A DNA stretch of 64,000 nt from an uncultured Acidobacteriaceae bacterium (GCA_963779525.1 CAVZZB010000007.1:261578-325577), one strand, 5' to 3'. Counted from the stretch's first letter, positions 54,245 to 64,000 are shown. The notes: generated by a model not told the origin, from the sequence alone. Made by a program: numbers and translations.

Positions 54245-55330
54245 CTACTTCTTCAGCCCGATCTTGTTGCCCAGCACGTATTCATCCAGCGGACCGAACT
54301 TTCGTTTCTCCGCATACAGGCGCCATCTGCGGAACACGATGCGCAAGCTCGCCATCACAGGAATCGAAAGAAAGATGCCAAGAATGCCGGCTACTTCGCC
54401 GCCTGCCATCACGCCGAAAATGGCCGCCAGCGGATGCAGTTCCATGCTGTGGCCCATGATGCGGGGAGAAGTGACATAGTCTTGAATCAGTCGCCAGACG
54501 CCGAGAAAAATGATCAGCACGAACCAGTGTGGATAGCTGACCAGCAAAGATACGCCCAAGATGATAACCGCGGCCACCAGCGGACCGACTACTGGAATGA
54601 ACTCCAGCAGGCCACCCAAAGTACCCAGCACCAGCGCGTAGGGCATTCTCAAGACACCTAGCATCGCCGAATACATCACCAACGTGAGGGCAGCCAGCGT
54701 CAATTGCGCGCGGATAAAATGCGCCAGCATCTGATTCAGATCACTCAGCACGCCCTGAAGCAATTCCCGCTGCGGCCTTGATTGCACTAGGTCCAAAAGG
54801 ATCTGGCTGAAACCTTGGCCATCTTTTAGAAAAAAGATCGATAGCAGCGGAACTACCACCAGCAGCCAAGCTTGCTTGGCCACATCCGCCACGCGAAGCC
54901 CTATACCCTGCGCCAATTTCGCGATTTCATCACTGTGACTGGCCAGGTAGTCCCGCGCAAGGTCGACCATGCGGGCGTTCCAGCCATGTTCTTGTCCCAA
55001 CTGTTCCGCGATCTGTCCGGAACTCAACTTCGAGAGGGCAGGCAGAGACTGGCCTAAGCGCGCGCTTTCCCGAGCGATCCGCGGTCCCGTGGAGACGAAA
55101 AACAACACCACCAGACCCAGCAGCAACGCGTAGATCACAGCGATGGCGCGTCCTCGCCCCCGCAAAACCTTCTCCAGGTACGAAACCAGAGGGCTCATCA
55201 GGTAAGCGAAAAAGATGGCAAACAGGAAGGCGACCAGCGTCTGCCGAGCGGCGTAGAGAAACCCCAACCCCAGCGCGAATAACAGCACTGTGATTAAAAC
55301 CCGAGCCGTACGTGCATCCGCCACTGGCAA
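54245..55330 (-). CDS. AI-2E family transporter (PerM/YhhT-like permease)
   Basis: Around 8 TM segments. The C-terminal half pattern ...GLLEFIPVVGPLVAAV...GILGIFLSIPV is typical of the family. Confidence 0.85.
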   Translation of the reverse strand: MPVADARTARVLITVLLFALGLGFLYAARQTLVAFLFAIFFAYLMSPLVSYLEKVLRGRGRAIAVIYALLLGLVVLFFVSTGPRIARESARLGQSLPALSKLSSGQIAEQLGQEHGWNARMVDLARDYLASHSDEIAKLAQGIGLRVADVAKQAWLLVVVPLLSIFFLKDGQGFSQILLDLVQSRPQRELLQGVLSDLNQMLAHFIRAQLTLAALTLVMYSAMLGVLRMPYALVLGTLGGLLEFIPVVGPLVAAVIILGVSLLVSYPHWFVLIIFLGVWRLIQDYVTSPRIMGHSMELHPLAAIFGVMAGGEVAGILGIFLSIPVMASLRIVFRRWRLYAEKRKFGPLDEYVLGNKIGLKK

Positions 55331-55382
55331 AATGTCGCTCCGAGCAACGCAGCGTCAAATCTGGAACACGTCGCGCCTGTTC

Positions 55383-56126
55383 CTAATCCCGCAATACTAT
55401 CGTGTTATCGTCCGGGATTTCGACGCGCATGAGCTTAAATTGATCTTTTTCGTCTACCCAAAGGGTCCAGGAGAAGGATTCCCCCGTAAGATTCAAGCGC
55501 AACAGTTCGCGTTCCGTTCCGCGGATCATTACTTTTTCCCGTCCCACGAGTTCCAGGCGGACGCGCATCGAAGTTCTGTCCTGCGGCACCAGCACTCCGA
55601 ACTCCACTGGACCCTGCTGACACTTTAGATCGCCTTCAGCACCATGACAGTTGGTTGCCAAATAACGCCAGGCGAGCACTTCACGGTGAATGAAGAAGTT
55701 GTTGTCCAGGATAGCCGAGGTGTTCGGCATCAAGAACGGCTGTTCGGCTGGCTTCGAGGACCCCGGAGCGGTGATCTTCTCCAGCAGGAATTCGTCTTTC
55801 GGCGTCACCACCAGCGAGCTGCTGCTATCGCTCCATTCGTAACGAACCAATTCGCCGCTGCTGGTCATTTCCAGTTCCGACCTTTGTCCCGCCCCCGGAT
55901 TGCTGCCGGTTTCCTGTAGCTTCGACTTCACGATGCTGATGCCATTCTCCTGCCGCACGCTGAAGGTCTCAGTCACCACTTGCTGACCCTTGACAAAAAC
56001 CCCGAAGGAGCCCGAATCCACGCTTTGAGCGTCCTTCGGGTTTTCCTTTTTGTCCCTGGCGTAGGCCATACTCGCGCACGCCAGAACCGCGACCATTGCC
56101 CATCTGAAGTGCGCTATCGAAGTCAC
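55383..56126 (-). CDS. hypothetical secreted protein
   Basis: Signal peptide MVAVLACASMAYA. ATGA overlap with the aroK stop. No motif recognised. Confidence 0.55.
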   Translation of the reverse strand: MTSIAHFRWAMVAVLACASMAYARDKKENPKDAQSVDSGSFGVFVKGQQVVTETFSVRQENGISIVKSKLQETGSNPGAGQRSELEMTSSGELVRYEWSDSSSSLVVTPKDEFLLEKITAPGSSKPAEQPFLMPNTSAILDNNFFIHREVLAWRYLATNCHGAEGDLKCQQGPVEFGVLVPQDRTSMRVRLELVGREKVMIRGTERELLRLNLTGESFSWTLWVDEKDQFKLMRVEIPDDNTIVLRD

Positions 56127-56665
56127 TCGTTTTCTCCTTGTTTCCTGCCGCGGCGGCGAAGCCCAAGAGCATGCACCAGCTCAACCGCAATCTCCTCGAC
56201 TGCTTTCCCGCCGGTTTCGTGTCTTGACCGTGCCTTCAGGTAATACGGACGCCGCTTTTCGTAAAGTTCACGGAACCCTTCCACCCCGCCGAGCAACGGC
56301 CGCTCCGTTCCCGCCTTTGCCGACTCTCCCACGCACCGCCGCCACAGTTCATCCACTTCGGCGTCGAGGAAGACGGTCGGGATTCCCGAAGCCCCAATTA
56401 ACCCGGCATTGGATTCTTGGATAAATGCTCCTCCGCCAAGGGCGATCACAGCCTCGGAGCCTGCCCGCAACTCCTCCAGCAACTGCTTCAGGGCCTCGTG
56501 TTCCTTCCGGCGAAATTCAGTCTCCCCGGAAAGGCGAAAGATCTCCGCTATGCGTCTCCCATCGCCTCGTTCAATTCGCAGGTCGAGATCTTCAAAGGTC
56601 CAGCCGAGTCGTGCGGCGAGAGCCCGGCCCACACTACTCTTGCCGGCGCCCATGAAGCCGACCAA
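56123..56665 (-). CDS. aroK: shikimate kinase
   Basis: Walker A GFMGAGKSSVGR and LGGGA motif. The only in-frame standard start is a TTG at 56665, which leaves a very short strand before the P-loop, so the start is uncertain. Confidence 0.85.
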   Translation of the reverse strand: MVGFMGAGKSSVGRALAARLGWTFEDLDLRIERGDGRRIAEIFRLSGETEFRRKEHEALKQLLEELRAGSEAVIALGGGAFIQESNAGLIGASGIPTVFLDAEVDELWRRCVGESAKAGTERPLLGGVEGFRELYEKRRPYYLKARSRHETGGKAVEEIAVELVHALGLRRRGRKQGENE

Positions 56666-56724
56666 TATAACCGCCCGGATATCGTGCGGACGCCCTTCTC
56701 GCTGCCTCAGGTTTCTCTTCTTTT

Positions 56725-57594
56725 TTATTGTTTTTCGGAACGTTTTCTGAGATGGATTTTACCACTGAAGGTTCGCAACACTACCGTGGATGAGACCGCA
56801 ACTCGCCCCACGGTACCTGCGAAGGCACGCCCCTTATCGAGCGTGAAATATGTATGAGTTTTGGGTTGCAGCGGAATGTCGTCGCTGACTTCGCCGCGCA
56901 CCGAGCGGGCGCTGACGTCGGCCGAAGTCCATTCCGGAATGGTGGCGTTGATGTCGCCGCTATGGCTGGTCAGCCGGTATTCGCCACTATTGCCGAAGTC
57001 TCCGATGTAATTGATTCGACCGCTGGTCGAAACCACCTGTACCAGCGAACCATTCACTCCGTTCAGGGTCACTTCGCCGCTCAACGAATCGACCTCGACG
57101 TGTCCGTTTTGTATGTTGTCCAGGTTTACCGAGCCATTCATCGTTTTCACGTGTACGTGAGCGTCGGAGATGTCACGAACATCCACGGCCGCACCCGGAC
57201 CTTCCAGATTTACGTCCCCATGCAACTTCTCGGCGTGCAGCGATCCGGTGCTGGAATGCAAGGTGACGCTGGCGTCGGGCGGCACCAGAATTTCATAATC
57301 CACGCGCCCGGATTCGGAGTCGGCGCCGGCCAGTAGGTGGGTTTGAATATCAACCCGGTTCCCGCTCTGGTTGTTGTCCACTTCCACCTTGTCGGAGTGC
57401 AACGTCGCCAGAACGGTTACGATATTGCCCGGCGCGGGCTTGACCCAAATCGAACCATAAGGATTCATCACCGACACGCCGGCTCGCGGACGCACCGTGA
57501 AGTGCAGTTCTTTCTTGCTCTCCGCCACCAGTGCGCCCACCATGATCACGATCACGGTTACGGTGACAAATTTTGCCGCGCGTTTCCTCAACAT
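56725..57594 (-). CDS. DUF4097-like beta-helical (putative adhesin) protein with an N-terminal TM anchor
   Basis: Repetitive ...GSV.V...G.V.L...SG.I... strands. The ATG at 57594 gives an N-terminal TM segment VTVIVIMVGALVA. Follows the anti-sigma gene. Confidence 0.65.
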   Translation of the reverse strand: MLRKRAAKFVTVTVIVIMVGALVAESKKELHFTVRPRAGVSVMNPYGSIWVKPAPGNIVTVLATLHSDKVEVDNNQSGNRVDIQTHLLAGADSESGRVDYEILVPPDASVTLHSSTGSLHAEKLHGDVNLEGPGAAVDVRDISDAHVHVKTMNGSVNLDNIQNGHVEVDSLSGEVTLNGVNGSLVQVVSTSGRINYIGDFGNSGEYRLTSHSGDINATIPEWTSADVSARSVRGEVSDDIPLQPKTHTYFTLDKGRAFAGTVGRVAVSSTVVLRTFSGKIHLRKRSEKQ

Positions 57595-57655
57595 AGTCGA
57601 GCCCCGCACTGATCCTCGCGTAAAGCGGTTCTGGAAAGTCTCGCTGCTATAGCAA

Positions 57656-58273
57656 CTAGTGATCCATCGCCATCTCAAATAGCATGGATTTCTGCTGATA
57701 GGCATCCATCAGCGATCGCCTCGCGTCTTCGTCATTCGGATTCTCATTTACCAGGCCCTGCGCGTCCCGGATGGAATCGTTGACCCGGCGCAAATTCTCT
57801 TCATATTGCCCTTGCATCGCAGGAGTCGTGGCGGCGACTTCCTGGAGCAAGTCATCATCGTTCAATCCCGAGAGATTGACCGGCATGACTACCGCTGCCT
57901 GTTGATGAGTCGGAGCCGGCAAGGATGGACGACGTTGGTGGACTCCTACCAGCAACAGCAACATCGCCGCCGCGGGCACAAGCCATCGCGCCGCTCCCCA
58001 GCGCGCGCTGAAGGAGGGCACAGCCCCTCGTGGGTCTTGATTGTTGCGCTGCGGACGAATCAATCCTTCCTGCCGCAGCGCAATTTCAATGGAGTTCCAC
58101 ACTCTCGGGCTGGGTTCGTCGCTGGCCTGCAACTCCCCAGCCGAGGCAACGATCTGATTCAAGTCTCTCAGCAACGCCGAGCATTTCGGACACGCTCTGA
58201 GGTGGGCGCGCTGCTCCAGTGTGCTGCCGTTTTCCACTTCCGCCAAGCTCTGCTGCAGCTCAACGCAATTCAT
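57656..58273 (-). CDS. membrane-spanning anti-sigma factor (zf-HC2 N-domain)
   Basis: H-x3-C-x2-C (HLRACPKC), a central TM segment (WLVPAAAMLLLLV), and a periplasmic C-domain. Confidence 0.7.
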   Translation of the reverse strand: MNCVELQQSLAEVENGSTLEQRAHLRACPKCSALLRDLNQIVASAGELQASDEPSPRVWNSIEIALRQEGLIRPQRNNQDPRGAVPSFSARWGAARWLVPAAAMLLLLVGVHQRRPSLPAPTHQQAAVVMPVNLSGLNDDDLLQEVAATTPAMQGQYEENLRRVNDSIRDAQGLVNENPNDEDARRSLMDAYQQKSMLFEMAMDH

Positions 58274-58375
58274 ACAACCTCTCCCCGAATCTGCTGCGGC
58301 CTTCGCAATCAACCGCAGCTCGAACGCCCCTGCTGAGGTTACTAATGCTTCTTTCTAATGTTTCTAACCAGTTTC

Positions 58376-59014
58376 CTACCCTACTCGAGACTTCCCGGCC
58401 TTTTCGGCTCTATTCATCTTGAGCAGGTCGCGCAACTTCATGCGCGCCTTGTGCAATTGCGATTTACTGTTGCCGATCGAACATCCCACCAAACCGGCGA
58501 TTTCATTATGCTCGTAACCTTCTACATCGTGAAGAACAAAAATCGTTCGGTAGCCGGGAGGCAGATCGTTCACCGCCCTCTGCAGCTGCAGCCTGTCAAT
58601 CGACCCGGCCAATGCCGTATCATCAGCCCCGAAGTCCTTCTTCGGCGAGTCATCCTCGGTACCTTGAGTAGTCTCTTCCAGCGAAACCACGGGAAGGCTC
58701 TTCTTCCTTAGATGCATCAGCACGACGTTTACCGAAAGACGATGCAGCCAGGTGGAAAACGCCGACTCTCCGCGAAAGGTCCCGATCTTGCGATAAAGCT
58801 GCAGGAATGCTTCCTGCGCCAGGTCTTCCGCCTCGGCGGTGTTCGCCGTCATTCGCAGACATAGTGAATACACTCGTCGTTTGTGCTTGTCATAGAGCAC
58901 CTGGAACGCTTCTGCGTCCCCAAGCTTGGCCCGTTCAATGGCTTCGGCTTCACTGAGTTCGGTGGCTTTGTTCTGTCGTGGCTCGGTCAACTCGTCTTTC
59001 CCGGCCGCACTCAT
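58376..59014 (-). CDS. ECF-type RNA polymerase sigma-70 factor
   Basis: Region 2 ([19 protein letters not shown]...[13 protein letters not shown]) and region 4 ([33 protein letters not shown]). Confidence 0.85.
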   Translation of the reverse strand: MSAAGKDELTEPRQNKATELSEAEAIERAKLGDAEAFQVLYDKHKRRVYSLCLRMTANTAEAEDLAQEAFLQLYRKIGTFRGESAFSTWLHRLSVNVVLMHLRKKSLPVVSLEETTQGTEDDSPKKDFGADDTALAGSIDRLQLQRAVNDLPPGYRTIFVLHDVEGYEHNEIAGLVGCSIGNSKSQLHKARMKLRDLLKMNRAEKAGKSRVG

Positions 59015-59270
59015 TGGGATGCGGCATAAGTAGTTTGTGTTGTATTGTTTGCGCGCCTTCGCCGAACCTGAGGTGCGCCTGTCTGGTTCCAGAATATCAG
59101 AGTATTTCTACCGAACTTCGGATGCGCTTTCCGGTCCTCACTCGCACTTCTGCCGCTTCCAGAAAGCCTTTGCATTCTGAGGGTTGGCGTATCGGTCTAC
59201 CCCGGAACCTTAAACCCGGATCAGAGCGAAGAGTCGCAATCTTCGGAAATCCGTAGCCCGCGCGGTTGGG

Positions 59271-60551
59271 TCACCCCTTAGCGGTGCCCGTAGTAATCGT
59301 CTCCAGGCCATGCCCGTGCGGCCCCAGTTCCCGCTGCCGCAGCAAAAACGCGAAGACCACACCGAGGATTCCCAGGATCGAGAAGATCCACATGCCCAGG
59401 TCGTAGCCCGCCGGATTGGTGGCGTCGGCATGGCTATAGTTATTGGCCCATCCCACCAGCAGGTTCAGTCCAAACAATCCGATGTTCTGGATCATGGTCA
59501 TTAACCCATACGCTGTTCCCAGCTTCGACTGATCCACGATGTAAGCCACCGACGGCCACATTACCGCTGGAATCAGCGAGAAGGCGACCCCCATCATCGC
59601 CATCGGCACATATAAATTGATGTGGGTATAGGCCATCATCAGGTAGACAGGAATCAGCAGCAACGATCCGAACATCATCAGCAGCGCGCGCTTGCCCACC
59701 CGATCCACCCATAGACCAAACAGCGGAGTCGCGATCATGGCAAACAAAGTCAGCATGCTCGACAAGAATCCGCCAAACTCGCGGGATGTGCCATGCGCTT
59801 CCATGAAGAACTTCACCGCGAAAGTCTGGAACGGGAAGATGGCGGAGTAGAAGACAATGCACAGAGCTACGATCAGCCAGTAACTCACCCCGAACTTCCA
59901 AAGGTCGGCGAAGACCACTTTATCGGTCGAAACTTCTCCTAGGTGGTAGTTCTTCTCCGCGTAGACTTCCAGCATCCAGTAGATGATTGATCCCACAACG
60001 CACATCGACGTGAAAGCCAGCGCGATGAGGAACGGAGTTCGCCAACTGGCATAAGCCGCACGCGCCCAGGTTGGAGAGTTGAGCGCGGCGAAAGTGCCCA
60101 GGCGTGAAGCGGTGAGGTTCAGGCCGAACGCGAAGCTCAATTCCTTACCCCGGAACCAGCGCGCCAAGGCCGCGGTGACCGCAACGTTGAGCGACTCCGC
60201 TCCCATCCCAAAGATAAGGCGACCCGCAGCCATGACTGACAGGCGCCCGGTGGCCACGGTGATGGCCGGACCGACGAAGCAAAGCACGCCGAAAATCATC
60301 AGCGATTTGCGCAGTCCCATGCGGTCGATAATGAAGCCGCCGATGAGTACGGTGAAAATATTGGGAAAGCTATAAATGGCCTGCAGAAATCCAATATCCA
60401 GATCCGTGAAGTGCAGTTGCTCTTTCAGCACGTCGGCCAGAGGACTCAGGGCATCGTAGGCGTAGTAGCTGCCGAACATCGCCAAACTGACAAAGATCAG
60501 AACCAGCCACCGGAACAGAGGAGTCGGTTCAGGACGCACCGTTTCCGTCAT
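59271..60551 (-). CDS. MFS transporter
   Basis: 12 predicted hydrophobic segments. GGFIIDRMGLRK resembles the MFS loop 2-3 motif. Confidence 0.85.
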   Translation of the reverse strand: MTETVRPEPTPLFRWLVLIFVSLAMFGSYYAYDALSPLADVLKEQLHFTDLDIGFLQAIYSFPNIFTVLIGGFIIDRMGLRKSLMIFGVLCFVGPAITVATGRLSVMAAGRLIFGMGAESLNVAVTAALARWFRGKELSFAFGLNLTASRLGTFAALNSPTWARAAYASWRTPFLIALAFTSMCVVGSIIYWMLEVYAEKNYHLGEVSTDKVVFADLWKFGVSYWLIVALCIVFYSAIFPFQTFAVKFFMEAHGTSREFGGFLSSMLTLFAMIATPLFGLWVDRVGKRALLMMFGSLLLIPVYLMMAYTHINLYVPMAMMGVAFSLIPAVMWPSVAYIVDQSKLGTAYGLMTMIQNIGLFGLNLLVGWANNYSHADATNPAGYDLGMWIFSILGILGVVFAFLLRQRELGPHGHGLETITTGTAKG

Positions 60552-60636
60552 CCACGCTCTCTATCTTTCAGCAGATTAAACTCCAGGATGCGCGAGCAGA
60601 GAAGAGTAGCAGATCAAAGAGCTGTTCGCATTGCTC

Positions 60637-60660
60637 ATGTAGGGACGCTTATGTAGGGAC
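60637..60660. repeat. direct repeat ATGTAGGGAC x2 (4-nt spacer) upstream of the MFS transporter gene
   Basis: Exact 10-mers at 60637-60646 and 60651-60660, roughly 85-110 nt upstream of the MFS start (minus strand). Confidence 0.6.
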
Positions 60661-60734
60661 AGCTACACCTTCGACTCCGCTCAGGGCTGGCTCTCGGCTG
60701 TCCAGTCGGGCAAAGCCTGTCCTCTCTTTTTAAT

Positions 60735-60800
60735 GGCTTGTCATTCCGACCGGAGCCGGAGCGGTGGCGACGGCGGAGCGGAGGAACCTGCTTTCGCGTT
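60735..60800 (+). repeat. intergenic GC-rich element beginning GCTTGTCATTCCG (copy 2 of 2)
   Basis: TTGTCATTCCG at 60738-60748, followed by ccggagccggagcggtggcgacggcggagcggaggaacctgctttcgcg. Contains internal GGAGC(C/G)G repeats. Confidence 0.35.
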
Positions 60801-60819
60801 CGCTCTCCGGCCGTGAACC

Positions 60820-61569
60820 CTAATACTTCACAATCGCGGCAAACGATTTAGGCTCGAGCGACGCTCCGCCCACCAACGCGCCATCGATTTCCTCTTGCGC
60901 CATCAGCGCGGAAGCATTGTCCGGTTTCACCGAACCGCCGTAAAGAATGCGCAGCATTACAGCAAACTCCGCTCCGAATATTTCCGTAGCCTCGCTGCGG
61001 ATCACGGCATGCGCTTCGGCGGCAAGTTCCGGCGTCGCTGTCTTTCCCGTGCCAATGGCCCATACCGGCTCGTAGGCCACGACCATGTTCGCGGCCTTCT
61101 TGGCCGAGATGGCATGGAACGCCCGCACGCACTGCCGCCGCAAGACATCGTCGGTCATCCCCGCTTCGCGTTCCTGAAGCACCTCGCCTACGCAGCAGAT
61201 CGGCTTGAGACCCGCCTCCAGCGCCGCTTTGAGGCGCAAGTTCACCGTGTCGTCGGTTTCGCCAAAATACTGCCGCCGCTCCGAGTGCCCGATGATGACG
61301 TGGGTCACGCCCAAGGCCAGCAACATCGCTGCGGAAGTCTCTCCGGTAAACGCTCCCTCCGGCTTCCAATGGACATTCTGACCGCCAATAGCCACATTCG
61401 ATCCTTTGGTTGATTCCACTGCCGCCGCGAGATCGATATCCGGCGGGCAAACGACGATTTCATCTCGCTCGTGACCGGAAACCAGCGGCAGGAAATCGCG
61501 GAAAAACTCGCGCGTCTGATCCGGCGTTTTGTACATCTTCCAGTTGGCGGCAATAACTTTTTTTCTCAT
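60820..61569 (-). CDS. tpiA: triose-phosphate isomerase
   Basis: AANWKM, IGHSERR, and the YGGSV lid/phosphate motifs. Confidence 0.95.
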   Translation of the reverse strand: MRKKVIAANWKMYKTPDQTREFFRDFLPLVSGHERDEIVVCPPDIDLAAAVESTKGSNVAIGGQNVHWKPEGAFTGETSAAMLLALGVTHVIIGHSERRQYFGETDDTVNLRLKAALEAGLKPICCVGEVLQEREAGMTDDVLRRQCVRAFHAISAKKAANMVVAYEPVWAIGTGKTATPELAAEAHAVIRSEATEIFGAEFAVMLRILYGGSVKPDNASALMAQEEIDGALVGGASLEPKSFAAIVKY

Positions 61570-62206
61570 GAGGAGGCCTTTTCGATTCGGAGTGGATAAG
61601 AAGTCCTAGAGGAAAAGAATTTCTCGACGGCTCGCTCGTACGCTCTTAATGTTGCGGCATCAAAGAGAACAAATCGAACCCGGTCGACCGCGTTCGCGGA
61701 GGCCAAAGCCTCGACGCTCGAGGCAATGGCGATAGGTGCCGCTTCCGAGACGGGGTATCCGAAAGCTCCGGTTGAAATCGCAGGAAACGCTAAGGACGCA
61801 AGCCCGTTTTCATCGGCCAGGCGAATGCACTCGCGGTGACAACTGGCCAGTTCTTCGGCCTCTCCGCTTTCCCCGCCACGATAGATCGGACCGACGGTGT
61901 GGATCACATATTTTGCGGCGAGCCGTCCGCCGCTGGTGATAACGCCTTGCCCGCTGGCAGCCTCCCAATCTTGCCCACAATATTTCTACACTCGGCCAGA
62001 ATGGCAGGTCCACCGGCGCGGTGAATGGCGCCATCCACTCCGCCTCCGCCCAGCAGAGATGAGTTTGCGGCATTTACGATGGCACCAGTAATCTCCCGCG
62101 TGATGTCCGCCGGCCCGAACAACTCAACCTGCTTATCACGTCCCAACCCGTCGCGCTCCAGCACCAGTCGAATCGTGAATTGCACGCGCGTGTCCAGACC
62201 ACTCAC
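61566..62206 (-). pseudogene. macro-domain protein (O-acetyl-ADP-ribose deacetylase / YmdB-like) interrupted by a 1-nt frameshift
   Basis: The upstream ORF carries [26 protein letters not shown]. The downstream ORF carries (Y)VIHTVGP...AFPAISTGAFGYP. Frame B read upstream gives ...[20 protein letters not shown], so the frames join near 61940-61955. Confidence 0.75.
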
Positions 62207-63414
62207 TTTTTGTCGGTCAGTGCCTCGACCCCCGGCAGCTTTTTCCCTTCCAGAAATTCCAGCGACGCTCCGCCGCCCGTGGAAATGTGCGTCATCTTGT
62301 CCGCCACGTCCGCGGCATGCACCGCGGCGACCGTATCGCCGCCGCCCACAATCGAGATGGCGCCTACATTCTCTGCTACAGCGCGGGCAACCTTGAAAGT
62401 TCCGCGCGAGAATCCCGGAACCTCAAATACGCCCATCGGCCCGTTCCAAACAATGGTGCGGGCGCGCGAGATTTCCTCCGAGAACAATTCGATCGTCTTG
62501 GGCCCAATATCGAGCGCCATGCGGTCCGCCGGAATCGGCTGCCCCTCCCCGATCTGCTGCACCACGGCGTTGGCTTCGGGCTTCATCGCGACCACGTGAT
62601 CGATGGGCAACAAAAACTTCACGTTTCGTTGCTTGGCTTCCGCCAACAGTTGCCGAGCCAGATCGACTTTATCGGCCTCCAGCAGCGATTTGCCGATCTC
62701 CTGTCCCTGGGCCTTTAAGAACGTGTATGCCATGCCGCCGCCGATAATCAGCGAATCGACCTTGGTTATCAGATTCCGGATCACTCCAATCTTGTCGCTG
62801 ACTTTCGCTCCGCCGAGAATCGCGACAAATGGCTGCTCCGGATCTTGCAGGGCCTTGCCCAGATATTGCAGCTCTTTTTCCATCAGCAGGCCCGCTGCCG
62901 ATTTTGGCAGGAACTTGGTGATTCCCACGGTGGAGGCGTGCGCCCGATGGGCAGTGCCAAACGCATCATTGACGTAGAAATCCGCCAGAGTTGCCAATTG
63001 CTTCGCAAACTTCTCGTCGTTCGCTTCTTCCTCGGCATAAAAACGCAGGTTCTCCAGAAGCAACGTCTGGCCCTTTTCCAATTGCGTGGCAACTTCTTCC
63101 GCCTCGGGTCCGACGCAGTCCGGGCAGAAGCCCACATTTTCACCACGCGCCAATTCCTTGTCCAAAACCATCCGCAGCCGCTCGGCCACCGGCTTCAGAC
63201 TCATCTTGGGATTGGGCTTGCCCTTGGGTCGACCCAGATGCGAGGCCAGAATCAGCCGCGCCCCATGCCGCAGGGCATATTCGATCGAGGGCAGGGTTTC
63301 GCGGATGCGCGTGTCATCCATCACGCGTCCGTCTTCCAGAGGAACGTTGAAGTCGACGCGCATGAAGATACGGTTGCCATTGAGCGGGAGATCGCGAATG
63401 GAAAGCTTGGACAT
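62203..63414 (-). CDS. pgk: phosphoglycerate kinase
   Basis: [16 protein letters not shown] and GGGDT motifs. The ATG at 63414 gives the canonical [10 protein letters not shown]-terminus. Confidence 0.95.
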   Translation of the reverse strand: MSKLSIRDLPLNGNRIFMRVDFNVPLEDGRVMDDTRIRETLPSIEYALRHGARLILASHLGRPKGKPNPKMSLKPVAERLRMVLDKELARGENVGFCPDCVGPEAEEVATQLEKGQTLLLENLRFYAEEEANDEKFAKQLATLADFYVNDAFGTAHRAHASTVGITKFLPKSAAGLLMEKELQYLGKALQDPEQPFVAILGGAKVSDKIGVIRNLITKVDSLIIGGGMAYTFLKAQGQEIGKSLLEADKVDLARQLLAEAKQRNVKFLLPIDHVVAMKPEANAVVQQIGEGQPIPADRMALDIGPKTIELFSEEISRARTIVWNGPMGVFEVPGFSRGTFKVARAVAENVGAISIVGGGDTVAAVHAADVADKMTHISTGGGASLEFLEGKKLPGVEALTDKK

Positions 63415-63507
63415 TGGCCGGTCGTCCTTTAGGGGGCTTGATTTTTGGGTAAGCATTGAGTGCGGAGCCGCCTGGCTGCCCAATGGCACGGCGGCTCCGC
63501 AATGTTG

Positions 63508-64000
<493 letters not shown>

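Noticed and set aside
58978-59256. 92-aa Cys-containing ORF in the spacer upstream of the ECF sigma gene
   Set aside because: Its GTG start lies inside the sigma coding region on the opposite strand. It has no RBS and no peptide-like organisation, and the region is more plausibly the sigma promoter and MFS 3' region.

Overview
This is a gene-dense, moderately GC-rich bacterial chromosomal window. From the style of the proteins and of the intergenic repeats it is plausibly a soil Acidobacteriota-type organism; that is inference only, with no search run. Most of the content is housekeeping. It includes citrate synthase, a co-directional lysine/aspartate-pathway cluster (asd-lysC-dapB-dapA-[methyltransferase]-dapD), a glycolytic gap-pgk-[macro]-tpiA operon, RNase J, lspA, Slt, cspA, aroK and galT. 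The largest accessory block is a complete Hyb-type (small subunit / HybA-like FeS / HybB-like NrfD membrane subunit / large subunit / protease) [NiFe]-hydrogenase locus. It starts about 345 nt after a tRNA-Gly(CCC) and faces a convergent hypC-hypD-hypE operon that carries a vapBC module at its 3' end. Other content is a second vapBC-type TA pair, two ECF sigma/anti-sigma modules, an ABC-2 exporter with an embedded secreted CxxC thioredoxin-fold gene, XdhC/MocA cofactor-maturation genes, an NRAMP transporter and an orphan nuoB. I found no CRISPR array, integrase, transposase or recognisable phage block, and I cannot point to a clearly novel multi-gene system. The observations most worth follow-up are: (i) a perfect 19-copy heptanucleotide array (AACTGAG)n between two convergent genes; (ii) DapA fused to a roughly 80-aa Cys/His-rich C-terminal domain next to a methyltransferase inserted in the lysine operon; (iii) the tRNA-flanked hydrogenase block with a TA insertion and no hypA/B/F in view; (iv) a frameshifted macro-domain gene coupled by start/stop overlaps inside gap-pgk-tpiA; (v) an orphan nuoB; and (vi) the exporter/thioredoxin-fold operon. 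All product calls rest on motif recognition in the supplied translations. Start codons were refined by eye, because the ORF track reports the longest ATG/GTG/TTG ORF.
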